A DNA stretch of 64,000 nucleotides from Eledone cirrhosa (Eukaryota): assembly GCA_964016885.1 (NCBI GenBank), contig OZ024740.1, positions 376,774,001 through 376,838,000 of the forward strand, given 5' to 3'. Below the pieces are notes generated by a model, which worked only from the letters and a program-made list of their open reading frames with translations, was not told where the DNA came from and did not search any database. Positions 63,655 through 64,000 of this stretch are shown here, one piece after another (positions within the stretch are counted from its first letter, which is position 1; every line of letters starts with the position of its first letter). A program made the translations under genes and the position numbers.

Positions 63655-63718
63655 CAATAAAAATCTTTTGATGTTGTAGACGCTCTTGTGTTCTTTTTCA
63701 TACATATATATATATATA

Positions 63719-64000
63719 AACAAGGTTTAGCAAATAATGAAAAAGTTTCAAAATAAATTTTAAAAAAAATTGACTTTACCTACTATTGTTACCTTTACCG
63801 ATCGGTTTCGAATCTCAAAAATAAACGGAGACCATACGGCCTTCGTTGCAAAGAAAGATTCTCGTCAGAAGGTTCTTTTCTTTCGAAGAATATAAAATTC
63901 TTGAATTTAAATTACGAACTAGCGCTATCCAAAACTGTTCCCGAGATGAGAGTGAATGAAGTGGAATCAATTTTTTCAAGGGCTGAAGTAAAGATAGAGG
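63719..64000 (-). mobile_element. 3' end of a second Penelope-like element (runs off the window)
   Basis: Minus strand reads ...SSREQFWIALVRNLN (GIY-YIG C-terminal-like), then a hammerhead, then (TA)n. Confidence 0.55.
63791..63873 (-). ncRNA. Type I hammerhead ribozyme (family G)
   Basis: acctt-CTGACGA-gaatct...agattc-GAAA-ccgatcgg-TA-aaggt. Perfect stems I and II, palindromic stem III ACCGATCGGT. Confidence 0.88.

Larger units (their letters stand above)
58019..63702 (+). mobile_element. Penelope-like element (Naiad-like), 5'-truncated, with inverted pLTR arms 58019-59156 and 62347-63702
   Basis: RT + GIY-YIG coding region. ORFs 58785-59234(+) and 62308-62718(-) are near-identical, which shows the inverted arms. 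Each arm has a hammerhead, and (TA)n tracts lie nearby. Confidence 0.9.

Overview
This is an AT-rich, microsatellite-dense eukaryotic window; the SINE/LINE and microsatellite landscape suggests a coleoid cephalopod, probably an octopus (inference). I found no supportable host gene, and most short ORFs in the track are microsatellite or antisense artefacts. Contents: (1) three Tx1/L1-clade non-LTR retrotransposons, all abutting (TATC)n/(TC)n, one with apparently intact ORF1 and ORF2; (2) a nest of R4/Dong-like RLE LINEs and RTE-derived short elements in (TACA)n tracts at about 16.6-25.5 kb; (3) a 5'-truncated Naiad-like Penelope element (RT + GIY-YIG) with about 1.1 kb inverted pLTR arms; (4) tRNA-derived SINEs, RTE 3' ends, a hAT-like TIR pair and a Helitron 3' end. 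The most striking signal is 13-14 type-I hammerhead ribozyme motifs from 7-8 unrelated sequence families. Most sit in non-coding 460-600 bp units arranged as tandem plus inverted copies inside (TA)n tracts, like retrozymes or non-autonomous Penelope elements. One family carries the compensatory U3:A8 catalytic-core variant. All ribozyme folds and identities were assessed by eye.
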